From positions 184,326,001 through 184,390,000 of the forward strand of contig NC_086097.1 in assembly GCF_963921235.1 (NCBI RefSeq): 64,000 nt of DNA. The letters run 5' to 3'. The notes under the pieces are model-generated. The model ran no database searches and was not told the DNA's origin. It saw only the letters and a program-made list of their open reading frames with translations. Below are positions 23,171 to 36,650 of the stretch, one piece after another. The DNA is from Mobula hypostoma (taxonomy: Eukaryota). The number at the start of each line of letters is the position of its first letter. Position 1 is the stretch's first letter. The position numbers and the translations under genes were made by a program.

Positions 23171-24784
23171 AGAGATAAAATGGACTGTCATAGTCTTTTC
23201 ACCAGAGATGAGGAGTCCACAACTAAAGGGCACAGATGCAAGATAAGAGGGGAGAGATCTGAAAAAAAGACCTGAGAGGTAACTTCTTTACATAGAGGGT
23301 AAAGTCTTAGTCATCCATTTATGCATGGAACAAGTCATTGCATTTCAAGGTGTTGTTATCATGAGACAGTTGGGTGATAACGAATATGATAGCACTACAT
23401 TTGTGAAAGTGTTAATAGCTGATTCTTTAGTCATGGCAGAATAGACAAGAATTAAACCGTGCTGGTGCTGTCCCTCCCAAATGAATGAAGGAAGAGAGAT
23501 ATCATTCTATCAAAGACTGCAAGCAGATTGGGAAGTATTAGGTTACCTTAGTTGCACTTAAAGCTATCTAATACTGTGGAAGAGTAGAAATCTAATTATT
23601 GTGATTTAGATTTTTTTCAAATGTTGGAATGGAGTTAATGATCTAAGTAATGAAGTACTATTTCCTCTAATTTGAGAATTGTGGTGAAGGTAAATGATTT
23701 AAAATGATTGCAGTGAGATATGGAAAACTTTCTGATGGGAAAAATTATTTGAGCTTGTGATGTTTTCGCTGGTAAACATTAAACAGAAAACTTTAAGTAT
23801 GAAGTTGAACAGTAGAAAGAAATGTAGCTTGTTTTGTGCATTGCATAGACAGAGTAGGTAGAAAGGTCTGCTCAGCCTTCTGGCGGACATCTAATTCTAA
23901 TTTTGTTTCAAAGTTGATCGTGTTTTGTAATAAGTCTTGTAATATGTTTAGTACCAGGAACTAAGCAAACAAATATTGGTTTGGCCTTCCCTGGAGCTTC
24001 TTTTGCCTGACTGGTTATCTCAATAGTCTTATGGAAAGAAGCAGTTGAATGAAATGTTTAACAGTGAGTCATGTCTTATTTTAACTAGATTAAGGCTGTC
24101 TGCATTCATTATATTTTTTCTCTTCAAAGTTCACTGTGGAATTTATGGTTCATTCTACATAGTTGGGAAAGATTACCATAGCCGAAGAGGCTTTAAAATA
24201 TTTCATTCCTTTCTCAAGTGCCTATGTGCCTTTCTTTGATAATCTGTTTGCTGTTACAGATTTTGATGTTGTACTTTTGGTATGGCATCTGTCTTGAATT
24301 AGAACAGGAGCCATTTTATCCATCTACAGTTTGTCAAGTTAAAATGTTTTCTTCTGATTGCTGAAGTCGTTCCAACTCTGAAGTATAAGACAGAGCACAG
24401 AACTTGTCACGAACTGGTACGAGGATTTAAGTACATTCTTGCAATATGATTCACTGTCTGGCTCCAGCCTGACCATACGTCTTCCTGCTGCTCATTTTAA
24501 CCTTACAGAAGATTGCCTCGCTTGATGATTTCTGCAAAATTGGCCAAGGAGAAGCAAATCTGAAAAATTCATCCTTTCATCTGTGTTTTGCTCTCTTTAG
24601 TTATTTCACTTTAACCAAAGAAATAATCAGAGATACTTGGAAAATAGGAGAGTCAAATACTGATGAATAATGATTGATTTTAGAAAGATTAAGGTAATTT
24701 AAAATGTATTTTACACATGGGATTCAGTGTGATTTTAAAAGTTGCACTTGGGACAGTAAAGAATTTTGAGAAGTTATATTAGCA

Positions 24785-25065
24785 TTTCCATAGCTTTCAA
24801 TTCCCTGATCTTTCAAAACTGCATCTACTTCTTTCTAAATGGCTCCAGTACTCTATCCTCCCAAACGTTCCATGGTTGAGAGTTCCAGTAGTTCATCACT
24901 CTCTGTTAGAAGAAATAGTTATGCACTTCAGCTCTAAAATGAGCTCTCCTTACCTCATCTTGTAATTAAGTCATTTTGCTTGAGACTCTGTACACCTTAG
25001 CATCTACTTTGTCATGTCCCCTTAGGGTTATTATATCTTTCAAAAAGATTGATCCCATTCTCCAC
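24785..25065 (-). mobile_element. Old CR1 3' fragment
   Basis: Decayed reverse-complement CR1 tail (GAGAGTTCCAGTAGTTCATCACTCTCTGTTAGAAGAAAT). Confidence 0.55.
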
Positions 25066-25206
25066 CGCTGGAATATCAAACATTGCTCTATCATTAACAC
25101 AGTGGCTGTACTGATGCCAAGATGGCAGGGGCTTATTCAGGATATTTGCTGACAACAATCAATGCTTGAAATAACATTTCACCAGAGAAACAGATTTCAG
25201 CAATAG

Positions 25207-26472
25207 GGGTTTGACAAATTTTATTGAATTTTTTGATGAGGTTACTAAGAAAGTTGACGAGGGTAAAGCGGTGGATGTTGTCTATATGGACTTCAGTAAG
25301 GCCTTTGACAATGTTCCACACGGAAGGTTAGTTAGGAAGGTTCAATCGTTAGGTATTAATATCGAAGTAGTAAAATGGATTCAGCAGTGGCTGGATGGGA
25401 GACGCCAGAGAGTAGTGGTGGATAACTGTGTGTCAGATTGGAGGACGGTGTGTAGTGGTGTGCCTCAGGGATCTGTACTGGGTCCAATGTTGTTTGTCAT
25501 ATATATTAATGATCTGGATGATGGGGTGGTAAATTGGATTAGTAAGTATGCAGATGATACTAAGATAGGTGGAGTTGTGGATAATGAAGTAGGTTTTCAA
25601 AGCTTGCAGAGAGATTTAGGCCAGTTAGAAGAGTGGGCTGAAAGATGGCAGATGGAGTTTAATGCTGAAAAATGTGAGGTGCTACATTTTGGTAGGGCTA
25701 ATCAAAATTGGACATACATGGTAAATAGTAGAGCACTGAAGAATGCTGTAGAACAGAGCGATCTAGGAATAATGGTGCATAGTTCCCTGAAGGTGGAATC
25801 TCATGTGGATAGGATGGTGAAGAAAGCTTTTGGTATGCTGGCCTTTATAAATCACAGCATTGAGTATAGGAGTTGGGATGTGATGTTGAAATTGTATAAG
25901 CATTGGTAAGGCCAAATTTGAAGTTTTGTGTACAGTTCTGGTCACCGAATTATAGGAAAGATGTCAATAAAATTGAGAGAGTACAGAGGAGGTTTACTAA
26001 AATGTTGCCTGGGTTTCACCTCCTAAGTTACAGAGAAAGGTTGAACAAGTTAGGTCTTTATTCTTTGGAGCGTAGAAGGTTGAGGGGGACTTGATAGAGG
26101 CGTGTTTAAAATTATGAGGGAGATAGATAGAGTTGATGTGGATAGGCTTTTTCCATTGAGAGTGGGGTAGATTCAAACAAGAGGACTTGAGTTGAGAGTT
26201 AAAGGGCAAAAGTTTAGGGTTAACGTGAGGGGGAACTTCTTTACTCAGAGAGTGGTGGCTGTGTGGAACGAGCTTCCAGCAGAAGTGGTTGAGGATTGTT
26301 CGATGTTGTCACTTAAAGTTAAATTGGATAGTTATATGGACAGGAAAGGAATGGAGGGTTATGGGCTGAGTGCAGGTCGGTGGGACTAGGTGAGAGTAAG
26401 AGTTCAGCACAGACTAGAAGGGCTGAGATGGCCGGTTTCCGTGCTGTAATTGTTATATGGTTCGATGGTTAT
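25207..26472 (+). mobile_element. Young 5'-truncated CR1 LINE with near-intact RT
   Basis: 232-aa ORF with YMDFSKAFD, GVPQGSVLGP and KYADD; continues by frameshift; TSD GGGTTTGAC (25207-25215 / 26473-26481). Confidence 0.96.
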
Positions 26473-26627
26473 GGGTTTGACGTACAGGTACATGCTTCTT
26501 TGGTACATAGGTCCACAATAGACAATACACCAGTTACATGCTATTTTACTTGTCTAGAAGTAGTTGTAAGTCTAGAATCTTATGTTATTGAGGAATCTGT
26601 GAGCTGAGAGAATTGTATTGATCAAAT

Positions 26628-27208
26628 ATCAGAATCAGAATCAGGTTTATTATCACTGGCATGTGATGTGAAATTTGTTAACTTAGCAGCAGCAGTTCAA
26701 TGCAATACATAATCTAGCACAGAGAGAAAGAAAATAATAATAAATAAAATAAAATATAATAATAAATAAACAAGTAAATGTATCTATATTGAATAGATTT
26801 AAAAGAATGTGCAAAAACAGAAATACTGTATATTAAAAAAAGTGAAGGAGTGTCCAAAGTTTGAATGTTCAATTAGGAATCGGATGGCAGAAGGGAAGAA
26901 GCTGTTCCTGAATCGCTGAGTGTGCCTTCAGGCTTCTGTACCTCTTACCTACAGTGAGAAAAGGGCATGCCCTGGGTGCTGGTGGTCTGTAATAATGGAC
27001 GCTGCCTTTCTGAGACACCACTCCCTAAAGATGTCCTGGGTACTTTGTAGGTTAGTGCCCAAGATGGAGCTGACTAGATTTATAACCTTCTGCAGCTTCT
27101 TTCGGTCCTGTGCAGTAGCCCTTCCATACCAGACAGTGATGCAGCCTGTCAGAATGCTCTCCACTGTACAACTACAGAAGTTTTTCAGTGTATCTGTTGA
27201 CATGCCAT
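26628..27208 (-). mobile_element. Rex1 3' fragment
   Basis: TLKNFCSCTVESILTGCITVWYG; ATCAGA repeat tail at 26628. Confidence 0.9.
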
Positions 27209-27397
27209 TGAAAATTAACGTTAGTATTTTAATAATTATGCAAAATCTCCATGCAGTACAGAGACTGTTCTGAAATACTTGGGCAGCAACAATGAAAATA
27301 ATGTGGAAAGGAATAGGTTTTGAAAGACAGCAGATAATCTCACTAATGAAGGTTAACAAGTGAATTTTGAAATGAAGCCAGAAGGTTCTGAAAATAC

Positions 27398-27508
27398 AAG
27401 CAACATGCACAAAATGCTGGAGGAACTCAGCAGGCCAGACAGCATCTATGGAAAAAAGTGCAGTCGACGTTTCGGGCCGACAGAATCATCTGCAGATTTA
27501 CCCTTGTT
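27398..27508. mobile_element. Fold-back PLE-terminus element inserted in an older PLE terminus
   Basis: Minus arm to GTCGACGTTTCGGGCCGA, then the plus-strand extension CATCTGCAGATTT; TSD GGTTCTGAAAATAC / GGTTCTGGAGATAC (27384-27397 / 27509-27522). Confidence 0.7.
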
Positions 27509-27914
27509 GGTTCTGGAGATACCTAGTCTGTCGGGCAGCATCTGTGGGGAGAGGTAGAATTTTGACATTTTTCTTATCACATGGTGAGGGCTTGAAAAGG
27601 AATCCAAGAAGCAGGGAGGTTCTATTTAGCGAAATGTGTCACATATGGATTAAAGTGTCATTGGAGGTCATTAGGTAAATAACGTGAAATGAACAGGAAC
27701 TGAAAGCAGTCAGAGATTCTCCAGAACAGTGTAGTTACACGATCTTGGATGTTTTTAAACCACGTATTGCTCTTGAATTCACAGCTAGCATTCACATTGC
27801 CTTTGAACATGCAATGATTGTGTCAAGTTATATTCAGTGCAGTAAATTACAGTCAATGAGGGGGAAAGAGGAACATACTCCTTCAGAGTGATATGAAGTC
27901 TTCAGTTACTAAGA

Positions 27915-28240
27915 CGGTTATGTGGTTAAGGCATAGCCAAGTGGTTAAGAAGTTCATCTAGTGATTTGAAGGTTGCTAGTTCGAGCCTTGGCTGAGACAG
28001 CGTGTGTATCCTTGAGCAAGGCACTTAACCACACATTGCTCTGCGAAAACACCGGTGCCAAGCTGTATGGGTCCTAATGCTCTTCCCTTGGACAATGTCG
28101 GTGGCGTGGAGAGGGGAGACTTGCAGCATGGGCAGCTGCTGGTCTTCCATACAACCTTGCCCAGGCCTGCTCCCTGGAAACCTTCCAAGGCTCAAATCCA
28201 TGGTCTCATGAGGCTAACGGATGCCTATTATTATTAAAAT
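27915..28240 (+). mobile_element. tRNA-derived SINE with CORE-like centre and RTE-like tail
   Basis: A box TAGCCAAGTGG, B box AGTTCGAGCC, CORE-like TCCTTGAGCAAGGCACTTAACC, (TAT)n tail; TSD TTACTAAGA (27906-27914 / 28241-28249). Confidence 0.85.
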
Positions 28241-28349
28241 TTACTAAGATAATGAAGGACAATAGTGGTACTCCCTAGCTCTGAACAGACACGTTTTCTA
28301 CATTACTTATGATATCAAAGCAATTCTTCCATCCAAGACCCCAACAAAA

Positions 28350-28930
28350 TAAGAAGCAGAGTAAAAATAGGACATTTGACATCATAGGGCATTTGCTCTG
28401 ACATTTCTGAAAATCACAGCTGATCTTCCACGTCAATGCCAGTTTTCTGCACTATTCCCATATCCCTTAGTTCCCATAATATTTATAAATCCATAATTTT
28501 TGTTTTAAATAAACTCAGTGACTGAGCCTCTTCAACCCTCAGAGTTACTGAATCCTCCTTGTGAAGAAACTTCTCATCCCAGTTGAAATGGCCTGTTCCT
28601 AATTCTGAGGTACATGAGATTGCAGATGCTATATGACCCACAGAGTTCCTCCTTACTTAAAGTGTGACTACTCATTCTAGGTTCCTCAGCAAGGAGAAAC
28701 ATACTCTCCAGCCAGTCAATTCACTTTATAAGTTTCAATGAGATCTCCTCCCATTCTTCTAAGGTAGAAAGTGCAGAGTCTCTGCTCAGTCTCTGTTCAC
28801 ATAGCAAACATTGCAATCCCTGCAACCAGTCTTTTGGAAATTTGCTGTGCTCCCTCTCAGGCAGGTGCACCTTCACTTGGCGAGGAAACCAACACTGTAA
28901 ATAATACTCCAGGTCTAGTTTCACCAAGGG
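28350..28930 (-). mobile_element. Old CR1 3' fragment
   Basis: LVKLDLEYYLQCWFP remnant; CR1 tail near 28350; short PLE-terminus piece at ~28615-28652. Confidence 0.7.
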
Positions 28931-28979
28931 AGAAAATTCACCTTACTGCATATCCTTGGGAATTAAAAATCAAGAGAGT

Positions 28980-29700
28980 TGGATTAAAGGGCTTGAGTTA
29001 AGGGGAGCTAGGTGTGTTTTCTCTGGAGTGTGTGTGGTTAACAAGTCACATTTTAGAGGTATATAAAATTATGAGAGGGTGATGAGCCAGTGTCCGTTTT
29101 CCATGAGAACTCATAAATTAAAAACAAAAGAGCAGCTAGGGAGAGGGTAGGACCACTCAAGAACAAAGGAGGGAATTTATGTCTGGAGCCAGAGGAAGTG
29201 GGCAAGATACTAATTGAATATGTTGCATTGGTATTCACCAAGATAAAATACATGGAGGATAGCAAAGTCAAAGAGGGGAATACTGATATTGTACAACATT
29301 TTGATATCAAGAAGGAGTAAGTGTTGGGTCTTTTGAAAAATATGAAGGTGGGCCTTATGGTCCCTAACCCATGTTACCAATGGAGGTGAAAAAGGAGATT
29401 GCTAGGGCCTACACAGAGATTTTTCAATCATCTTTAGGCATAAGGGGAGGTCACAGAGGACTGGAGAATAGCTACTGTTGTTCCTTTGTTTCCAAAGAGC
29501 AATCGGAACAACTAGGAATTAATAGACTCATGAGCCATACTTAAATGGTAGGGAAATCATTGGAGAATATTCTTCGGATATGATTTACACACATCAAAAG
29601 CATAGACTTATGAAGGATGGACAGCATAGCTTTCTGAAGGGAAAGTTATGTCTTACAAAGTGGACTGATTTTTGAGAAGGTGATTTTTGATAAGGGTGGT
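28980..29700 (+). mobile_element. CR1 fragments
   Basis: 3' piece at 28980-29100 followed by an upstream ORF2 piece (EDWRIATVVPLF; QHSFLKGKLCLT). Confidence 0.75.
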
Positions 29701-29703
29701 CAA

Positions 29704-30260
29704 AATCAGAATCAGAATTAGAATTAGTTTTAATATCATTGGCGTAAGTCATAAAATCTGTTGTTTTATAGCAGCAATACGTTGAAATACATAATAATAA
29801 AAAATCTATAAATTACAATAAGAAATATATTTTTAAATTAAATAGTGCAAAAAGAGAGCAAAAATAAAAGAAAAAGGATATTGTTGTGAAAGCTCATTGT
29901 CCATTCAGAAATCTGATGGTGGAGGGGAAGAAGCTATTGAGTGTCTGTCTTCAGGCTCTTAATGGTAGCAACGAGTAGAGAGTATGACCTGGGTGATAGG
30001 GGTATTTTATGATGGATGCTGCCTTTCTGAGGCATCAACTTTTGAGGATGTCCTTGATGCTGGGGAGGGTAGTGCTCATGATAGAGCTGGCTGAGTTTGC
30101 AACTTTCTGCAGCTTTTTCCAGTCTTGTGCAGTCACCCGTCCATGGCAACCAGTTAGAATGTTCTCCACGGTACATCTGTAGAAGCTTGGGAAGTCTTTG
30201 GTATCATACCAAGTCCCCTCAAACTCATAATGAAATGTAGCCGCCTCTGTGCTTTCGTAG
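29704..30260 (-). mobile_element. Rex1 3' fragment
   Basis: FYRCTVENILTGC, DWKKLQKVANSA; ATCAGA repeat tail. Confidence 0.85.
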
Positions 30261-30289
30261 GTGATGTAGCCAACAGAGGACCTGCAAAC

Positions 30290-30740
30290 TCTGCTAAGGC
30301 AGGTGGTACTCAGCAGTTTTGCTGTTTGAATGTTTGTGAGACGATGTTCTCTTACACCATACATCTGTGTGCTCTGAACGAATGCCTTTGAAGTTCTCAT
30401 TGCCATTGTATATACTGTACCTCTTCTCCATTTTGAACAAATATAGGCTAGTGATTCAAATGAGTAGGTGCTGATTTTATGCTTTCTCAGGGAATATCTT
30501 TGAAACTTTTCCATTATTCTGGTAATCTCTTACTGCATAAGAGGTTGGAATGGATTACAGCTGTTTCAGGAACAACGTGATCACTGTGGCCTGCCATCTG
30601 TAGCCAACTATGTAATTATGGCATTAGTGCTGAGGATGTTTACTTAGGATAGGATGCCAATGATGGTTTGTTTATCCTGCCAGTGAATTTGGAGTATTTT
30701 GCAGAAATAGCATTGGTGGTATTGCTCTAGTGCTTTGTCG
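30290..30740 (-). mobile_element. RTE-clade LINE C-terminal fragment
   Basis: Minus strand encodes KALEQYHQCYFCKILQIHWQDK and FESLAYICSKWRR, typical of the RTE C-terminus. Confidence 0.7.
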
Positions 30741-30837
30741 TCGTCGTTGTCTCATTATTGTGCAGCTCTCCACATCATTTCAAAGTGTCATGGACATGTG
30801 ACCAGAAATCAACCAAACAGAATTAAGGATTTAAATT

Positions 30838-30965
30838 GAGACACACCAGACTGCAGATACTGGAATCGGAAGCAGCAAAAAGTCTGCTGGAGGAACTCAA
30901 TGGGTTGAGCACCATTCATGGAAGGAAATGATTTGACAATGTTGTGGGCCAAAATACTGCATAGA
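30838..30965 (-). mobile_element. Old PLE terminus fragment
   Basis: CTGCAGATACTGGAATC...CTGCTGGAGGAACTCA, homologous to the other PLE ends in this window. Confidence 0.7.
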
Positions 30966-31524
30966 AGACAGTTTAAAACTCAGTGTTTACTGACCTCTAT
31001 TTAGGCTTTTTGCAATTGTTTTATTATGTTATGCGTTTTTTTCTTTTTCGATATGTAGTATATGAAGCAAATTAATTTTCTATTAATCTTAAATATTAAT
31101 TTAGTAAGAGTCAAAGTTACAGCTGATATAATTTGGTTACCAAATTGAAATAAAGCAGGCATTTGCAGAACACAACACTAAAATGTGAAATCATGCTATT
31201 GAAACAGAATAAAATTATAATAACTGTCACTTTATACTAGATCTGTCTTCTCATTATATGAAATGCAGTGATAAAATATAGTTTCTTGATTATGTGGCAT
31301 TTCAATTTTTAATAACAATCAATATGTCAAATTTGACTGATCTGTACTATTCTAATTCATGTATCCATTAATTGCAACATTGTGAAGACATGTTTGGAAA
31401 AAAGAATCATTTTCTTTCATTAATAATTATCTTAAGCTGAAATGTTTTAAGTGCATTAAGGAAATAGTATAGAATTAAGATTTTTTCAAATGTGTAGTTA
31501 CTTGCATCTTAATATTTTAATATT

Positions 31525-32185
31525 AATTAGAACAAATGGATCTGGGAATTAATATCCATAATTCCTTAAAAGAGGCATCACAGGTAAATCGAGTTGTAAG
31601 GAGAGTTTTGGAACTTTTGACTTCAAAAATCAAAATATTGAGTACAGGAGTTGGTATGTTATGCTGAAGCTGGAGGCCAAATTTAGAGTATTGTTTGCAG
31701 TTCTGGTTATCTACTTAGAAGACAGTACTACTAAGATTGAAAGAGAAAAATTACAAGGATATTGCTGGGACTTGTGAACCAGAGCTATAGGGAAGGGTTG
31801 AATAGGTTAGTATTTTATTCCCTGGAGTGTAGGAGAATGAAGGAGATTCGATAGTGGTATACAAATTATGAGGAGTACAGATAAAGCATAAATGCAAGCA
31901 GGCTTTTTCCGCAGAGGTTAGATGAGTTAGAACTAGAGTTCATAGGTTAAGATGAAAGATGAAACGCTTAAGGGGAAACTGAGGGGAAACTTCTGCACTC
32001 AAAGGAGGGTCCAAATGTGGAATGAGCTGACAGCGGAAGTGGTGGGTGTGGGTTTGACTGCAACATTTAAGAGAGGTTTGGATAAGTACATAATTAGGAG
32101 AGGTATTGAGGTCTATGGTCCAGGTCTGGGTCAATGGGACTAGGCAGAATAACAGTTTTTGTGCAGTAGTGCTCTATGACTCTCT
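31525..32185 (+). mobile_element. CR1 3' fragment
   Basis: LRGNFCTQRRVQMWNEL; tail GCTCTATGACTCT. Confidence 0.85.
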
Positions 32186-33049
32186 AATATATACTAAATC
32201 TGAAAACAAATGTATGAAAATGTTCATGCCTGGAAAATAGATTATGGTATGATGCTGTCTGTGATACACATTCAGCTTTGTTTCCCCAGATGATTTAAAA
32301 CCATGTTGTTTTTCAGAGACCTTTATGTACTTGGTCTTTATAGTTTCAACAGAAAGTTATATTTTAAGTTCTCCAAGATTTGAGAACACTGGACCATGCA
32401 TGCCATTTGAACTGGTTTGAAATATTTGAAATTGAGGAACATTTTCAATCTCTTCAACGGAATAAAAATGTTTTCCTCTTCTGTGTTCTGCCTGCCATTC
32501 TAATTTGAAAGCAGTCTGTGTACAATCTGCAGGACAGACAAAATGAGAGATGAGTGGGAAATCATCATGAGACCTTTGTAAGAGCCCCAGTTCATTTTAA
32601 GTCTTGGGCCTCACCCAAAGAGTGCTGAACCAAATTCCTATTGCTCAAAGCTTGCAGATACAGTTGTGTCCTTAACTGTGGTATTCTGGAGTTAGAGCTT
32701 CTAAATAAGGCTGTTTACAAACAGATGATATGTTGAGAATTAATGAAGTGTAAGAATTCCTTTTGATTTACTTGAATCTTCACAGGAAGTTTATTTTCCA
32801 AGTGTACATTGTTTCTTTATGAGCTCCTCTGTTATCTCCTGTCTGGAGCTGTTGTTGGCTTTAATCCTCTAGGCACTTCTTGATTTCTCTTTTTAAATCT
32901 GTTTTACATTATTGGGGCTTGAATTCAGCATTGTAATTTTGTTTTTTCTGTGCATGTCTGAATTCTACCAAGTTAAAGTGGCAAGATAAGGGTCCCTATA
33001 AAGAAATTAGCATCACTATTGGTTTGCAAAGTTCAAAAAACTTTGCGAC

Positions 33050-34025
33050 AAAGTTTGAAGTAAATTTATTATTAAAATATATATGTCACCTTATACAACC
33101 CTGAGATTCATTTTCTTGCAGGCATACTCAATAAATTCATAAAAGAATAATAACCTTAATAAAATAAATGAAAGACTACACCATACTGGGTGTTCAACCA
33201 ATGTGCAAAAGACAACAAACTGTGCAAATACAAAAAGAAAGAAATATTAATAATAAATGAACAAGTAACAAGTATCAAGAACATGAAATGAAGAGTCCTT
33301 GAAAATGTGTCCATAGGTTGTGGGAAGTGAAGTTGAGTGATGGGATAAGTGAAGTTGAATGAAGTTATCCTCTCTGGTTCAAGAGCCTGATGATTGAGGG
33401 GTAATAACTGTTCATGAACCCAGTGTGTGAGTCTTGACGCTCTTGTACCTGTTTTCTGATGGCAGCAGTAAGAAGCGAGCATGGCCTGGGTGGTGGGGGG
33501 TCCCTGATGATGGATGCTGCTTTCCTGCAACAACATTCCATGTAGAGGTGCTCAGTGGTGGTGGGGGGGGGGGGAGCCCTTACCCGTGATGGACTGGGCC
33601 GTATCCACTACCTTTTGTAGGATTTTCCATTCTAGAACATTGGTGCTTCCATACTAGGCTGTGATGCAAACAGTCAATATACTCTCCACCACCCATCTAT
33701 ATAAGTTAGTCTAAATTATAGATGTTATGCTGAAACTTTGCAAAACCCTAAGGAAATAGAGACATTGTTGTGCTTTCTTCATAAGTACACTTATGTGTTG
33801 GGCTCGAGACAGGTCCTCTGAAATGATAACATCTAGGAATTTAAAGTTTCTGACCCTCTCCATCTCAATTGCACAAGGAGTTATTTGGGCCAAGGTCTTG
33901 ATGCTTACTGATTAGGTTTGAGGGGATGATAGTATTGGATGCAAACTGCAGTTGATAAAGAGCATCCTGATTTATGCAGCTTTCCTCTCCAGATGTTCTA
34001 TGTCGAGTGAAGAGCCAATGAAACG
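33050..34025 (-). mobile_element. Rex1 3' fragment
   Basis: ERVRNFKFLDVIISEDLS..HISVLMKKAQQCLYFLR. Confidence 0.85.
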
Positions 34026-34181
34026 CCCTTCCCTGCATTATTTAAATAGCCTTGCTGCCCCATTCACAATGCCAGAAGTAAAATTAGGGTAATACCTTCA
34101 ATTACTACCATTAACACTCAACCTTCATTGTCATTTATTCAGTTTTGTGAATCTAGGCAATCCAGGCATCAAAGGCAAGGT

Positions 34182-34632
34182 ACAAACAAGAGAAAACCTG
34201 CAGGTGCTGGAAATCTGAGCAACACACACAAATTGCTGGAGAAACTCAGCAGGCCAGGCAGCATCCTAGCCTCCAACCTAAATGTGTCCTTTTCCCGATA
34301 GTGGAGGAGGCCATGGATGGACATATCAAAATGGGAATGGGAAGTGGGATTAAAATGGGTAGCCACTGGAAGATCCTGCTTGTTCTGGCGGACAGATTGT
34401 AGATGCTTGTCGGGTCTCACTGGTATATAAGAGGCCACACTCAGAGCACTGAACACAGCAGTTGATCCCAACAGACTCACAGGTGAAGTGTTGCCTCACC
34501 TGGAATGACTGTTTGGGGCCCTGAATGGTAGTGAAGGAGGAGGTGTCGGAGCAGGTGTAGCATTTGTTCCATTTGGAAGGACAAGTGCCAGGAGGGAGAT
34601 CAGAGGGGAGGGTCGAATGGACAAGAGAGCAC
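34182..34632 (-). mobile_element. PLE fragment with an internal deletion removing the hammerhead
   Basis: CPSKWNKCYTC..FTCES..CSECGLLY remnant fused at ~34265 directly to the terminus (GATGCTGCCTGGCCTGCTGAG). Confidence 0.85.
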
Positions 34633-36029
34633 ATGCCATAGTTTCCCATCTCTGAATTCATTTATTTTTCAACTCGTGGACCATAACTGTGGTGAAATCT
34701 GAAACTGAAAGTTTCTGGAGGATCCCATACTGAGCACAAGTATGAAAATACCACTTTCAGCAACTGCTTCCATCAATCTGCAGAGGACTGACAGTAGGTA
34801 TTTGAGGAAGTAACTGGATTTGGATTTGAACATTTTTGGACATTCATGGGCGACTTTCCACTTTATTGTGTTAATGCCAATGCTGTAGGTATACTTACAC
34901 TGCAATCAATGCTTGAGAATGAGTCTTCAGCACCAGGTGAAGATGTTATCAGACTCATAACTCAGTCAGTATCTCATCCATTTAGCTCTGGCTGTATATC
35001 CTGGTATGAAATGAACTGACTGAAGGTTATCTTTCTTGACAGTGGGATCAAAGAAGGTAGTTTACTGAAGCGACAAACTGACTTTGTCTTACGTGCATGT
35101 CCTAAACTTTACAGATAGTGGTGGCTTTTCTGTAATCACATCATTGAAAGTATAGTTTGGGTAAGAACCAATCGTTGGAATAAAAATGGAAGGAAAAAAG
35201 TTTGTTTTGTTTTAGAAACTAATTAGCTGTCTTTACACACTTGACTAAAAATTTCGTCTGCCAGATTTGCATTTTAAGCATTTGGACAGGTCTGAATTTG
35301 ATTTTCCATCTACTTAAAGTATAGTTAGTAAAATTTCATGCAGTGTGGTCCAAATTTCTTATTTATATTTCTGAAGGAGAAATCTTACTGCTAAATATTG
35401 AAAGTCATGAAAATGTCCTTGGGGATTCAGCTTAAGTGCAACTTAAAAACAGGAAATTATAGGTTTTCATCACACTTCCGGCAAAGTTATGATGGAAAAC
35501 AGAATCAAAGCCATCCAAATTCCAAGCCAAGTATAATTTACTTCATCACTGTATGTGCCACAGCCACATTCTGTCTGCCATCTGTTGGCAATCTGGAATC
35601 GAGGAAGCCAGTTTGAATGGTGCCAAGTGTTGTCTGTAGTGTTAAAACAGAGATGACCTATCTTTATGGCTTGTTTTTATTTATGCTTCGTCTGGAGTTA
35701 CAGTCACACTGCCATTTTTATGTTGCTATGCAGCAATGCAAAAGTAATATTTCAGTTTCTAAATAAGTACATTAAAGAGGATGGGCAAACTCATTGTCAG
35801 CCAAGCATTTCAACTGTTTGACAGTTTTGGACTCAGTTCAGGTCCCCTGATTCAGATATTCAGTGGTGTATTGGACACATGTCCAAACGTGCAGCAAAAT
35901 ATATTGAAACTTTAATCTATATCTTCCATCTGTGCAACAGCCATTTCAAGAAATTACAACAAAGGAACCAAGTTTGCTAATCCCAGATGAGTTTCTTAGT
36001 GAACAATAATGTCGTCAATAGGACAGTAC

Positions 36030-36635
36030 ATCACGTTACTAGCCCTTTGGCCCACGATGTTATGCCAATCTTTTAACATACTCCAAAGGCAATCTAATCC
36101 TTCCGTCCATTTTTCTTCTAATCCATGTACCTATCAAAGAGTCTCCTAAGAGTCCCTAACGTATCTGCCTTTATCACTACCCCTGGAAGCACATCCCACA
36201 CATCCGCCACTCTCTGTGAAATACTTACCTCTGACATTCCCCTATACTTTTTTAAGACCACAACACATAGGAACAGAATTAGACTATTCAGCCCATCGAG
36301 TCTGCTCTGCCATTCCATCACGGCTGATCCCGGATCCCACTCAACCCCATACACCTGCCTTCTCGTCATATTCTTTGATGCCCTGACCAATCAGGAAACA
36401 ATTAACTTCCACCTTAAATATAAGCAGGGGCTTGGCCTCCACCACAGTCTGTGGCAGAGCATTCCACACATTTACTACTCTCTGGCTAGAAAAATTCATC
36501 CTTACCTCTGTTCTAAAGGGTCACCACTCAATTTTGAGGCTGTGCCCTCTAGTCCTGGATACCCCCACCACAGGAAACATCCTCTCCACATCCACCCTGT
36601 TAAATCCTTTCAAATATTTGGTAAGTTTCAATGAA
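36030..36635 (-). mobile_element. Two adjacent or nested CR1 3' ends (36030-36253 and 36254-36635)
   Basis: Two separate CR1 tails; the second matches the subfamily at 14852. Confidence 0.85.
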
Positions 36636-36650
36636 ACTTACAGTAAATTC

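Noticed and set aside
25211-25909. 232-aa RT ORF as a functional gene
   Set aside because: Truncated CR1 with no endonuclease domain, a non-ATG start and downstream frameshifts.
27930-27995. tRNA gene
   Set aside because: No complete cloverleaf; it is the head of a TSD-flanked SINE.
34890-35020. Minus-strand exon with a GTAAGT donor
   Set aside because: Stop codons in all three frames between the candidate acceptor and donor.
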